Assembly (NCBI GenBank): GCA_040007155.1
Contig: JBDTVN010000001.1
Coordinates: 1-41,680 of the forward strand
From: Chloroflexota bacterium
Lineage (GTDB): Bacteria > Chloroflexota > Limnocylindria > Limnocylindrales > CSP1-4
Direction: 5' to 3'
DNA length: 41,680 nucleotides
The stretch's first letter is position 1; each line of letters opens with the position of its first letter. Below are positions 16,229 through 24,611 of the stretch, piece by piece. Under the pieces are notes generated by a model that saw nothing but the letters and a program-made list of their open reading frames with translations, was not told the DNA's origin and made no database searches. Made by a program: the position numbers and the translations under genes.

Positions 16229-17224
16229 ATGCGCGTCTTTTCAGGGATCCGGGCCTCGGGCGATAAGACGCTCGGCAACTACAGCGGCGGTTTCCGCCAA
16301 TACCTCACGACCCAGGAAGAAGCCACGGCCGGTGGCGGCGAGGCATTCTTCTGTGTCGTCGACCTGCACTCGATCACGACACCCTTTGAGCCCGCGGTGC
16401 TGCGCGAATCGACTCTGTCGGTGGCGGCATGGCTGTTTGCGACGGGCCTGGATCCGGACCGCTCAACGGTCTTTGCCCAGAGCCACGTGACCGCCCATGC
16501 GGAAGCCGCCTGGCTGCTCAGCGCGGTCACCTCGTTCGGCGAGCTGCGCCGCATGACGCAGTTCAAGGAGAAGTCCGAAGGCCAGGAATTCGTGAGCGCG
16601 GGACTGTTCACGTACCCCGTCCTGATGGCGGGCGACATCCTGCTTTACCAGGCCGACACCGTGCCGATCGGCGACGACCAGCGTCAACACGTTGAACTGG
16701 CGCGCAACGTCGCCGAGCGTTTCAATCAGCGCTTCGGCGACACGTTCACCGTGCCGCGCGGCGCATATCCGGTCGCGGGCGCACGCGTCAAGAATCTGCA
16801 GGAGCCGGACCGGCTCATGTCGACGACACGCGGCGCGCCGACTGGTGTCGTGCGGCTTGTTGATTCGCCCGACGAGATCCGCAAGAAGTTCAAGACGGCA
16901 GTAACGGATTCGGGTCGCGAGGTCGTCCACGACATCAACAACAAGCCGGGCGTCTCGAACCTGATCGAGATCATGTCGGTCGCGACCGGTGAGCCGATCA
17001 AACAGATCGAGGCCCGCTACGAAGGGCAGGGCTACGGCCAGTTCAAGCTCGACGTGGGTGAGGCGGTGGTCCAACTCCTGGCGCCCTTCCAGGCGCGCTA
17101 CCAGGAACTGCGCTCCGACGACACCGAGCTGCGGAGCATGCTCGCCCTGGGCGCGGAAAAGGCCGCAGCTGCCGCTGCGCCGACGCTCGCCCAGATGTAC
17201 GAGCGGATGGGCTTCGTCAGGTAG
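16229..17224 (+). CDS. trpS: tryptophan--tRNA ligase
   Basis: Collinear by eye with bacterial TrpRS: FSGIRASGDKTLGNY (TIGN-type HIGH motif), GELRRMTQFKEKS, SAGLFTYPVLMAGDILLY, VPIGDDQRQHVELARNVAERFN and KKFKTAVTDS. The KMSKS position reads LMSTT. Confidence 0.9.
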   Translation: MRVFSGIRASGDKTLGNYSGGFRQYLTTQEEATAGGGEAFFCVVDLHSITTPFEPAVLRESTLSVAAWLFATGLDPDRSTVFAQSHVTAHAEAAWLLSAVTSFGELRRMTQFKEKSEGQEFVSAGLFTYPVLMAGDILLYQADTVPIGDDQRQHVELARNVAERFNQRFGDTFTVPRGAYPVAGARVKNLQEPDRLMSTTRGAPTGVVRLVDSPDEIRKKFKTAVTDSGREVVHDINNKPGVSNLIEIMSVATGEPIKQIEARYEGQGYGQFKLDVGEAVVQLLAPFQARYQELRSDDTELRSMLALGAEKAAAAAAPTLAQMYERMGFVR

Positions 17225-17256
17225 ACGGGCCGTCCCGACAGACTAAAGTTTCTGCG

Positions 17257-17526
17257 ATGCAGGTTCGCTGCGAGGCAGTGCGCTACTTTCGCGATCCTCA
17301 GCCGGGCCTGGTCGAGGCCTACCTGACGGATGTCGAGGGGTTCCGCTGGCAGCTGGTCGACAAGACCGTGATGTTCGAACCCGTGATCGACGGGAGTACA
17401 ACACTGCCGACTGACGTCTGGGTTAACTGCCGGGCCGTGAGTGAGGACGAGAGCACCGTTCACGTGGCGCTTCCGGGAATGTCTGATCGGATCCACGTAG
17501 TTAGCCGCAATCTCATCTCAAACTGA
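17257..17526 (+). CDS. small hypothetical protein (89 aa)
   Basis: ATG-initiated ORF in an otherwise unassigned gap. The amino-acid composition is balanced (not Arg/Pro shadow-like). I recognise no motif. Confidence 0.4.
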   Translation: MQVRCEAVRYFRDPQPGLVEAYLTDVEGFRWQLVDKTVMFEPVIDGSTTLPTDVWVNCRAVSEDESTVHVALPGMSDRIHVVSRNLISN

Positions 17527-17562
17527 GACTCCACTGGCGGTCCCGATACGGTTGCGACCGCT

Positions 17563-17581
17563 GTGACACTGCTATTGTCAC
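17563..17581. promoter_or_regulatory. 19-bp palindromic site A (GTGACA-N7-TGTCAC) in the thrC upstream region
   Basis: The sequence is GTGACACTGCTATTGTCAC. Its reverse complement matches site B at 15 of 19 positions, including a 10-nt perfect core TGACAATAGC. Confidence 0.3.
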
Positions 17582-17719
17582 CGGCCGTTCTAACGGGGTC
17601 GTACGGTTGTATCCCACTCCAGTCGAGCGTGCTTGCGCGACGTTCTCGAGCGTGCCACCTTCCCAGTGTCCTCGGGCGGTCTCCCCCTTGAGGTCCGCGC
17701 CCGACGGTTATGTCCGTTC

Positions 17720-17738
17720 TTGACAATAGCTGTATCAA
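17720..17738. promoter_or_regulatory. 19-bp site B (TTGACA-N7-TATCAA), inverted copy of site A, overlapping a -35-like TTGACA
   Basis: The sequence is TTGACAATAGCTGTATCAA, about 70 nt upstream of the thrC start. It could be an operator, or the 3' arm of a long-range RNA helix with 17571-17580. Confidence 0.3.
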
Positions 17739-17807
17739 CTTCCGCGCCAAGGTTGGCGCGCGTCACAATCGCCTGATGCAGAAGGGCATACAGCGGGTCG
17801 TTCCACA

Positions 17808-18926
17808 GTGCGAATGAGCGATGTGCTGCGCCAGCTTCGCGCGCAACGTTCGAGCGACGATGCGCGGCCGCGGCTCATGGAGCGCTACGCGCCATTCCTG
17901 CCGCTGACCCCGGCCACCCCAAACGTGTCACTGGGCGAGGGCTTCACGCCGCTCCTGCATGCGAGGAACATGGGCCGGCTCATCGGTGTGCCGCTGCTGT
18001 ATGTGAAGGTGGAGGGCATGAACCCGACGGGCTCCTTCAAGGACCGCGGCATGGTCCTTGCTGTGGCCAAGGCGCTCGAGGACGGGGCAAAGGCAATCAT
18101 CTGCGCCTCGACGGGCAACACTGCCGCGAGTGCCGCGGCCTACGGTGCGGCGACTGGCCTCGACGTGGTGGTCGTGATCCCAGAGGGCCAGATCGCACTG
18201 GGCAAGTTGGTCCAGGCCCAGATGGCCGGCGCCCGGGTAGTCGGTGTCGATGGCAACTTTGATGCAGCCCTTCAGGCGGTGCGCTATCTCGTTGATGACA
18301 CGCGCGACTCAGACCGCCGTGTCGCGCTCGTGAACTCGGTTAATCCGTACCGATTGGCCGGTCAGAAGACGGCGGCTTACGAAGTGTGCGAGGACCTGGG
18401 CGGGGCACCCGATTACCTCGCCATCCCGGTTGGCAACGCGGGCAACATCGCCGCCTACTGGCAGGGCTTCACCGACTACCACGACGCAGGATTGATGGAG
18501 ACGAGGCCGGTGATGCTCGGTTTCCAGGCCGCCGGCGCAGCGCCACTCGTTCTTGGCGCGCCCGTCGGCGATCCGCACACGGTCGCAACGGCCATCCGCG
18601 TTGGCAACCCGGCTTCGTCCGACAAGGCAGTCCGTGCCCGTGATGAGTCGGGCGGCACCTTCGAGGCTGTCACGGACGATGAGATTCTCGCCGCGTACCG
18701 CGACTTGGCGCGCGTCGAGGGGATCTTCTGTGAGCCCGCTTCTGCAGCCTCTTTGGCAGGCGTCCGCAAGTTGGTCGCGGATGGCCGCATCGATCCGGGT
18801 GCGACGATCGTGTGTGTGCTGACGGGCCACGGTCTCAAGGATCCCGATGTCGCTACGCATAACGTCGCTCCGGTCCTGACGGCAGCGGCGGATGCCGGCG
18901 CGATTCGCGACGTCCTCGATTGGTGA
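17808..18926 (+). CDS. thrC: threonine synthase
   Basis: The PLP-lysine block is MNPTGSFKDRGMVLAV. Also present are ASTGNTAASAAAYG and GNAGNI. The start is GTG 17808 or ATG 17814. Confidence 0.9.
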   Translation: MRMSDVLRQLRAQRSSDDARPRLMERYAPFLPLTPATPNVSLGEGFTPLLHARNMGRLIGVPLLYVKVEGMNPTGSFKDRGMVLAVAKALEDGAKAIICASTGNTAASAAAYGAATGLDVVVVIPEGQIALGKLVQAQMAGARVVGVDGNFDAALQAVRYLVDDTRDSDRRVALVNSVNPYRLAGQKTAAYEVCEDLGGAPDYLAIPVGNAGNIAAYWQGFTDYHDAGLMETRPVMLGFQAAGAAPLVLGAPVGDPHTVATAIRVGNPASSDKAVRARDESGGTFEAVTDDEILAAYRDLARVEGIFCEPASAASLAGVRKLVADGRIDPGATIVCVLTGHGLKDPDVATHNVAPVLTAAADAGAIRDVLDW

Positions 18927-18930
18927 CGCC

Positions 18931-19869
18931 GTGCCCACGCTGAAGAGCGGCCCAGTAACCGTGGAGGCGCCGGCGTCGTCGGCCAACCTGGGACCCGGCT
19001 TTGATGCGCTCGCCCTGGCGCTTGATCTGCACCTGTTCGTAACTGTCACGCCGCTCGATGCCGGTAGCGAGCAGCTCATCGTCGAGGGTGAGGGCGCGGA
19101 TGAGATCGGCATGGATGCGGGCAACCGCTTTTTCATTGGCCTGGAACGCGGCCTGCAGGTCGCCGGTCTCGAGCCGCCGGTGATGCGCGTCGAGATGCGT
19201 AACGAGATTCCCCTGGCGCGCGGCCTGGGCTCTTCGGCGGCAGCTGTCGTCGCGGGCCTGCGCGCGGCCGAGGCGATGTCCGGCGTAGAGCTTGGGTTCG
19301 ACATGCTGCTGGACATCGCGACCGAGGTCGATGGCCACCCCGACAACGTTGCCGCGGCGCTCATGGGTGGTTTCGTGATCGTGGCTCGCGCTGGCGGTGG
19401 CGCGCCGCGCGCCGCGCACTTCGAGCCGCCCGACCAGCTGGCGGCCGCGCTCTTCATCCCCGAGCTCTCGTTGCGGACGGCGGACATGCGCGTGGCGCTG
19501 CCCGACCACGTCACCCACAAGGACGCGGCGCATAACGTGTCCAGGGTCGCGCTCCTTGTCGCGGCCCTCACAGCGGACCGACCGGAGCTGCTCAACGCCA
19601 TGGCCGACGATCGCTTGCACGAGCCGTTCCGCGCAACACATTTCCCGGCATTTCCCGCGCTGATCGACGCGGCAATGAAGGCTGGCGCGAAGGGTGCTTC
19701 TTTGTCCGGCGCCGGGTCGACCGTGATCGCGCTGTGCGTTGGGCCGGAGTCGGCGGCGCAGGCTGCGGCGGCAATGGAAGAGGCGGCAGGTGCCGCCGGC
19801 GTCCCCGGCAGGGCGACTGTTGTCCGGCCCACGACGGCCGGCGCACGCATCGTCGAGTCGGGCACGTAG
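18931..19869 (+). CDS. thrB: homoserine kinase
   Basis: VEAPASSANLGPGFDALALAL and the GHMP kinase motif PLARGLGSSAAAVVAG. ORF 18892-19869. I prefer in-frame GTG 18931, just after the thrC stop, but ATG 18892 (35-nt overlap) is possible. Confidence 0.88.
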   Translation: MPTLKSGPVTVEAPASSANLGPGFDALALALDLHLFVTVTPLDAGSEQLIVEGEGADEIGMDAGNRFFIGLERGLQVAGLEPPVMRVEMRNEIPLARGLGSSAAAVVAGLRAAEAMSGVELGFDMLLDIATEVDGHPDNVAAALMGGFVIVARAGGGAPRAAHFEPPDQLAAALFIPELSLRTADMRVALPDHVTHKDAAHNVSRVALLVAALTADRPELLNAMADDRLHEPFRATHFPAFPALIDAAMKAGAKGASLSGAGSTVIALCVGPESAAQAAAAMEEAAGAAGVPGRATVVRPTTAGARIVESGT

Positions 19870-20649
19870 ATGGCTTTCCCGGCGCGGCTCGAGCACTTCC
19901 GCGCGGTGGATTCAACGCAGCGTGTTGTGCGTGAATGGCTCGATGCCGGCGAGGAGGAAGTATGCGTCGCGGTTGCCGATCATCAGACGGCCGGGCGCGG
20001 CCGCATGGGCAAGGAATGGGTCGCGCCCAAGGACGCGGCACTGCTGCTCTCCGCTGGTTTTCGGCCCAACGGTCTGCTGCCGAGTCACGGCTGGCGCCTG
20101 GGTGCGATCGTGGCGCTGGCAATGCGCGATGCGGCTGAAGAGGTCGCCGGGCTGAAGGACGGCACCATCTGGCTCAAGTGGCCCAACGATCTCGTCGCGG
20201 CCATTGAGGGGCGTGGCGTCGTCAAGCTGGCCGGCGTGCTGGGCGACTCCGTCAGCAGCCCGCGGCGGGTTGAGTCGGCCGTAGTCGGCATAGGTATCAA
20301 CGGCGACTGGAAGCCGGCCGATTTCCCCTGGTTGCTGGCCGCGACCATGACCAGCCTGCGCCAGCTGTCGGGCAACCGACCGATTGATCGCACGGCCCTG
20401 CTCGACGGCTTTCTGGCCCGCCTCGAGCCGCGCTACGAAGCGCTCAACGGCGGCAATTTTGACGCGGCGGGCTGGACGGCGACCCAGATCACGACGGGCC
20501 GAAAGATCGTGGTCGAGGTGAGCGGCGAGTCACTCCTGGGAATAGGCGCGGGCGTCGATCCCGAGAGTGGCGCCCTGACGCTCGACGTTTCCGGCGGTGG
20601 TCAGCGGACCATTGACAGCGGCGACGTCACCCGCTGCCGCATTACTTGA
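19870..20649 (+). CDS. birA: biotin--[acetyl-CoA-carboxylase] ligase, group I (no N-terminal HTH)
   Basis: FRAVDSTQRVVREWL and QTAGRGRMGKEWVAP (GRGRxGxxW biotin-binding loop). The ATG directly follows the thrB TAG. Confidence 0.85.
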   Translation: MAFPARLEHFRAVDSTQRVVREWLDAGEEEVCVAVADHQTAGRGRMGKEWVAPKDAALLLSAGFRPNGLLPSHGWRLGAIVALAMRDAAEEVAGLKDGTIWLKWPNDLVAAIEGRGVVKLAGVLGDSVSSPRRVESAVVGIGINGDWKPADFPWLLAATMTSLRQLSGNRPIDRTALLDGFLARLEPRYEALNGGNFDAAGWTATQITTGRKIVVEVSGESLLGIGAGVDPESGALTLDVSGGGQRTIDSGDVTRCRIT

Positions 20650-20661
20650 GAGAACGCTCCT

Positions 20662-21621
20662 CTAAGAACGCTTCTCGCCTCGATTTGGCAACGCGGCCTT
20701 GCCGCGCGTAATCCAGTCATAGGAATCGCCAGCCAGCTCGCGCAGGCGCGCGTCGAAGTGCGCGACCTCTTCGGGGGTGAGCAGGTTCGCCCACTCACGG
20801 GTGCCGCCTGAGTGGAAGAACTCCTCGGGCGATTTCCAGATGGGCAGGTGTGCGTCGGGCGCCGCCTTGGCAGCGCGGCCGCGCATTGATTTCAGCGTCG
20901 CGGCGTCGACGTAGTCGGGCCACGTCGCTTCATCCACCGGAACCGCCAGGGCGCTGGCCACGCGGCGCATCTCCGCATCAAGGTCGTTCCACATGTCCTG
21001 GTAGTGGAAGAGATGGACATTGGGCTCGTCGCGCGCGTCCCAGTACGTGCCGATCTGCTGGCAGTAGTCGGCGACGCCGTTGGGGCCGCTCCCCGTAGGC
21101 CCACGGTTGTTGTCGATGAACCAGCGCAGGAATGGCGCCGGCTCATCAGGCGCATCCTCGTGATCGGGCGGCGGTTCGTACTTGCCGGCGACCAACTCGC
21201 GCATTTTCTCGGTTTCCTCGCGGTTCATGTTGAGGCCGTGGTCGCGGTCGGATAGCGCCACATCCAGCGGATGGCGGATGACCGCGATGTAGGTCACGTT
21301 CGGATTGACAGGCAGGCCGTCAAGTGGCGTGTGGCTCTTCATGAAGCGCCGCGTCGTCTGCGCTTCGAGCAGCGCGAAGACCTCGTCCTCGGTCCGGATC
21401 TGCATGTCAATCCAGGGCGCGATCGTGCCGATCGGCGGCAGGTCGGTCGTTTGGCGCAACAGCATGCCGACGATGGTCTGCATCCAAGTCGTGCCGCTCT
21501 TGGAGGGCGTCGTGATGACGACGTCGCCGTCACGCTGCGTGAAGCGCTGCCAACGGTCGGAATCGGCGATGAAGCCGTGGTAGTGACGCATTTGCGGATG
21601 GTACGGGCGGACCTTCCGCAC
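20662..21621 (-). CDS. PAPS-dependent sulfotransferase, cytosolic SULT-like (Sulfotransfer_1-type)
   Basis: The 5'-PSB loop is TTPSKSGTTWMQTIV. The 3'-PB-like motif is VIRHPLDVALS. Confidence 0.8.
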   Translation of the reverse strand: MRKVRPYHPQMRHYHGFIADSDRWQRFTQRDGDVVITTPSKSGTTWMQTIVGMLLRQTTDLPPIGTIAPWIDMQIRTEDEVFALLEAQTTRRFMKSHTPLDGLPVNPNVTYIAVIRHPLDVALSDRDHGLNMNREETEKMRELVAGKYEPPPDHEDAPDEPAPFLRWFIDNNRGPTGSGPNGVADYCQQIGTYWDARDEPNVHLFHYQDMWNDLDAEMRRVASALAVPVDEATWPDYVDAATLKSMRGRAAKAAPDAHLPIWKSPEEFFHSGGTREWANLLTPEEVAHFDARLRELAGDSYDWITRGKAALPNRGEKRS

Positions 21622-21657
21622 GGCCGGAAACCTGGGTGTAACGGCTAAACTCCCACG

Positions 21658-22293
21658 GTGTTAAGGAGAGAGAAGGACCGCGCGTCGGTCCTGGTCCACG
21701 GCGCCGACCGCTCTGCCGTAGAAGCGGCCCGACGCGACCCGCGCGCCTTCGAGGCGCTCTATCGGAAGTACGTCGCCCAGGTGTACAGCTTCGCGCTCTA
21801 TGAGCTCCGCGACCCGCACGGGGCGGAGGACCTCACCGCTCAGGTCTTCCTGCGCGCGCTGAGCGGCCTGCGTCATTTTCGCGAACAGACAGATGGCCCA
21901 GGCTCCTCTTTCCGCGTGTGGCTCTTCCAGATCGCGCGCAACACGCTTTCAAACGAGCGTCGGCGCAGCCGTCGCCACCCCCAGGCGTCGCTCGACGCTG
22001 CGCTCGAAATGGCCGACGCGACTGATGTTGCCGGCGCGGCCGCTACGCGCGACGAGTTGCGCGCCGCTCTGGCCGCCATTGATCGCTTGCCGGCGGACCG
22101 CCGCCGCGCCCTGGTACTGCGCTTTGTCCATGAGATGGACGCGCGCGAGATCGGCCAGATCCTGGGTCGCTCAGAGGGTGCGACGCGGGTGCTGATCCAC
22201 CGCTCCCTGCAGGCCGTGGCGCGCTCCATGAGGCGCGGCCAGGCGACGGAGCAGGCAGCCGCAGCGGCGGAGCGCAGGCGCGCGGCCAATTGA
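21658..22293 (+). CDS. ECF-type RNA polymerase sigma-70 family factor
   Basis: Region 2 reads AFEALYRKYVAQVYSFALYELRDPHGAEDLTAQVFLRAL. Region 4 reads LPADRRRALVLRFVHEMDAREIGQILGRSEGATRVLIHRS. GTG start. Confidence 0.85.
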   Translation: MLRREKDRASVLVHGADRSAVEAARRDPRAFEALYRKYVAQVYSFALYELRDPHGAEDLTAQVFLRALSGLRHFREQTDGPGSSFRVWLFQIARNTLSNERRRSRRHPQASLDAALEMADATDVAGAAATRDELRAALAAIDRLPADRRRALVLRFVHEMDAREIGQILGRSEGATRVLIHRSLQAVARSMRRGQATEQAAAAAERRRAAN

Positions 22294-22676
22294 TGTTCCG
22301 CGAAACCGAAGAGGGGGCGATCCAAAGCGACGCCTACATCGAAGCGTTGCTTGACGGTCACGCGCGGCTGCCCGTGCAGCTGCCGGTTGCCGCTGACGCG
22401 CCCCAGGCCGAGATGCGCCACGTGATCCGTCTGCTCGAGAAAGGCATGCCCCGGGCCCACCCCTCGTTTCTCTTCGAGGAGCGTCTGGCCGAGCAGCTGC
22501 GCGCCCTCGCTGACCAGCGCCTCGCCGGCACGGATGTGCCTGTCCAGATCTTTCTCGAGCGGCGGGTTGTAATCGGCGGCGCGATCGCGTCGGGCGTAAG
22601 CCTTGCCGGTGCAGCCATGTGGGCGTGGCGCCACCGGCCGCGCGCAGCCGCAGCCGTCGCCGCGGGACGGAACTAG
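22293..22676 (+). CDS. putative membrane-anchored anti-sigma factor
   Basis: The start overlaps the sigma-factor stop (TGATG). It is a small protein with one C-terminal TM segment (VVIGGAIASGVSLAGAAMWAW). The assignment rests on position and architecture only; I see no zf-HC2 motif. Confidence 0.5.
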   Translation: MFRETEEGAIQSDAYIEALLDGHARLPVQLPVAADAPQAEMRHVIRLLEKGMPRAHPSFLFEERLAEQLRALADQRLAGTDVPVQIFLERRVVIGGAIASGVSLAGAAMWAWRHRPRAAAAVAAGRN

Positions 22677-22678
22677 TC

Positions 22679-23605
22679 ATGCCCAGCTTCAAACTGCCAT
22701 TCGGTCGGCCGAGGCACGATTACCCGCCTAACCTCTGGACCAAGTGTCCCGACTGCGGCGAGATGCTTTACAACAAGCAGCTCGACAAGAACCAGCGCGT
22801 GTGCACGCGCTGCGGCCACCATTTCCGGCTACGCGCCGACGCCCGCATCGCCCAACTGCTCGACCGCGACACCTTCCGCGAGCAGGACGCCAACCTCGAG
22901 TCCGTGGACATGCTCGGCTTCGTCGACCAGAAGCCCTACCCCGAACGACTGGCGGCCGCCCGGGTGTCAACCGGTACGCGCGATGCCGCCGTCTGGGGTC
23001 CCGGCACCATCGCCGGCACGCGGGTCGTGGCGTGCGTCATGGATTTCGCCTTCATGGGCGGCTCGATGGGCACGGTTGTCGGCGAGAAGGTGACGCGTGC
23101 CGCGGAGTACGCGCTCGAGGAGCGACTGCCGCTGATCATCGTCTCCGCGTCCGGTGGCGCGCGCATGCAGGAGGGCACGCTGTCGCTGATGCAGCTCGCC
23201 AAGACGGTCGCCGCGCTGGGTCGCCTGGGCGATGGTGGCGTGCCCTTCATCAGCATCCTGACCGACCCGACGACCGGCGGCACGTTCGCCTCGTTTGCGG
23301 CGCTGGGCGACGTCAACATCGCCGAGCCCAAGGCGCTGATCGGCTTTGCCGGGGCGCGCGTCGCGGCGGGCACGATCGCCGAGGAATTGCCTGAAGGTTT
23401 CCAGCGCGCAGAGTTCCTCTTCGATCACGGCTTCGTCGACCTGGTGGTTCAGCGCGCGAAGCTGCGCGAGACGGTCTTGAGCCTGCTGCGCTACATGAAA
23501 CCCAACGCCCACGCCGACAGGGCCGGCCAAAACGGCTCATCGCCGCTGGGCCGCTCAGCGCAGTTGTTCGACGAGCTCATCCGAAGGGAGCCCGCCCGTG
23601 GTTGA
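22679..23605 (+). CDS. accD: acetyl-CoA carboxylase carboxyltransferase beta subunit
   Basis: ORF 22619-23605, trimmed to ATG 22679 (MPSFKLPF). It carries the AccD zinc ribbon CPDCGEMLYNKQLDKNQRVCTRCGHHFRL, plus FAFMGGSMGTVVGEK and SASGGARMQEG. Confidence 0.9.
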   Translation: MPSFKLPFGRPRHDYPPNLWTKCPDCGEMLYNKQLDKNQRVCTRCGHHFRLRADARIAQLLDRDTFREQDANLESVDMLGFVDQKPYPERLAAARVSTGTRDAAVWGPGTIAGTRVVACVMDFAFMGGSMGTVVGEKVTRAAEYALEERLPLIIVSASGGARMQEGTLSLMQLAKTVAALGRLGDGGVPFISILTDPTTGGTFASFAALGDVNIAEPKALIGFAGARVAAGTIAEELPEGFQRAEFLFDHGFVDLVVQRAKLRETVLSLLRYMKPNAHADRAGQNGSSPLGRSAQLFDELIRREPARG

Positions 23606-24608
23606 GCAGCGCACCGCACCCGCTGGCCCGCAGGCGACACCCGACGAGCTGCAGGCCGCCATTTGGCAGCGCGTCCAGCAGGCGCGCAACGTCAAGCGGC
23701 CACACACGCTCGAGCTCATCGGGACGATCGCGACCGAGGTCATCGAACTGCACGGTGATCGGCTGTTCCGCGACGACCCGGCGATCGTCGGCGGCTTCTG
23801 CCGCATCGATGGCCGGCGCGCGGTCTTCGTCGGCCACCAAAAGGGCGCCGAGACAGACGAGAACATCCTGCGCAACTTCGGCATGCCTCATCCCGAGGGC
23901 TACCGCAAGGCAATCCGACTCTTCCGGCTGGCCGAGCGACTGGGCCTGCCCGTGGTCACGTTCATCGACACACCCGGCGCATTCCCCGGTCCCGCGTCCG
24001 AAGAACGCGGCGTGGCTGAGTCGATCGCGCGCGCAATCATGGTCATGTGTGGCCTGCGCACACCGATCGTCACGGTGATCACCGGCGAGGGCGGTTCCGG
24101 TGGCGCGCTGGCGCTGGCCGTTGGGGACGTCGTGCTGGCGCTTGAGAACTCGATCTACAGCGTCATTTCGCCCGAAGGCGCCGCGAGCATCCTGTGGCGC
24201 TCACCCGAGTACTCGCAGCAGGCGGCCATGGCGATGCGCCTGACCGCGGCCGAACAACTCGCCCTGGGCGTAATCGACGAGGTCGTGCCTGAGCCCACCG
24301 GTGGCGCACACACGAATCCCGACGAGACCGCGCGTCGCTTGCGCGCACGGATCGCGGCGCACCTCGACTCGCTTGCGGGCCGCGACCGCAAGGCCCTGCT
24401 CGACTCGCGCTACGCGCGCTATCGCCAGATGGGTGAGTTCGCGGTGGCGGCTGAGACAGGCGAGGTGCGGCCGCAGCGACCGGGCATCGTCAATCGCATT
24501 CGACGGCTGCTCGACTCGGGCCGCAACGCACTCGTCGGTGTCGACGCCGATCAGGCAACCGATGCAGAAAAAGCGACCGACATCGCCCGCACCGGGGAGG
24601 GCATGTAG
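23598..24608 (+). CDS. accA: acetyl-CoA carboxylase carboxyltransferase alpha subunit
   Basis: The GTG start overlaps the accD stop. Matching blocks are GHQKGAETDENILRNFGMPHPEGYRKA, FIDTPGAFPGPASEERG and ITGEGGSGGALA. Confidence 0.9.
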   Translation: MVEQRTAPAGPQATPDELQAAIWQRVQQARNVKRPHTLELIGTIATEVIELHGDRLFRDDPAIVGGFCRIDGRRAVFVGHQKGAETDENILRNFGMPHPEGYRKAIRLFRLAERLGLPVVTFIDTPGAFPGPASEERGVAESIARAIMVMCGLRTPIVTVITGEGGSGGALALAVGDVVLALENSIYSVISPEGAASILWRSPEYSQQAAMAMRLTAAEQLALGVIDEVVPEPTGGAHTNPDETARRLRARIAAHLDSLAGRDRKALLDSRYARYRQMGEFAVAAETGEVRPQRPGIVNRIRRLLDSGRNALVGVDADQATDAEKATDIARTGEGM

Positions 24609-24611
24609 CCC

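Noticed and set aside
18309-19865. Very long antisense or alternative-frame ORFs. Examples are 18309-19865 (518 aa), 18853-19896, 15055-16278 (407 aa), 7723-8775, 902-1504, 28572-29405 and 40682-41473.
   Set aside because: They are Arg/Pro/Ala/Gly-rich with no recognisable motifs. Each is fully overlapped by a gene with clear family signatures (thrC/thrB, AI-2E permease, CrtI-like, MerR/heliorhodopsin, fabF/accB, GT-C). This is typical shadow-ORF behaviour in high-GC DNA.
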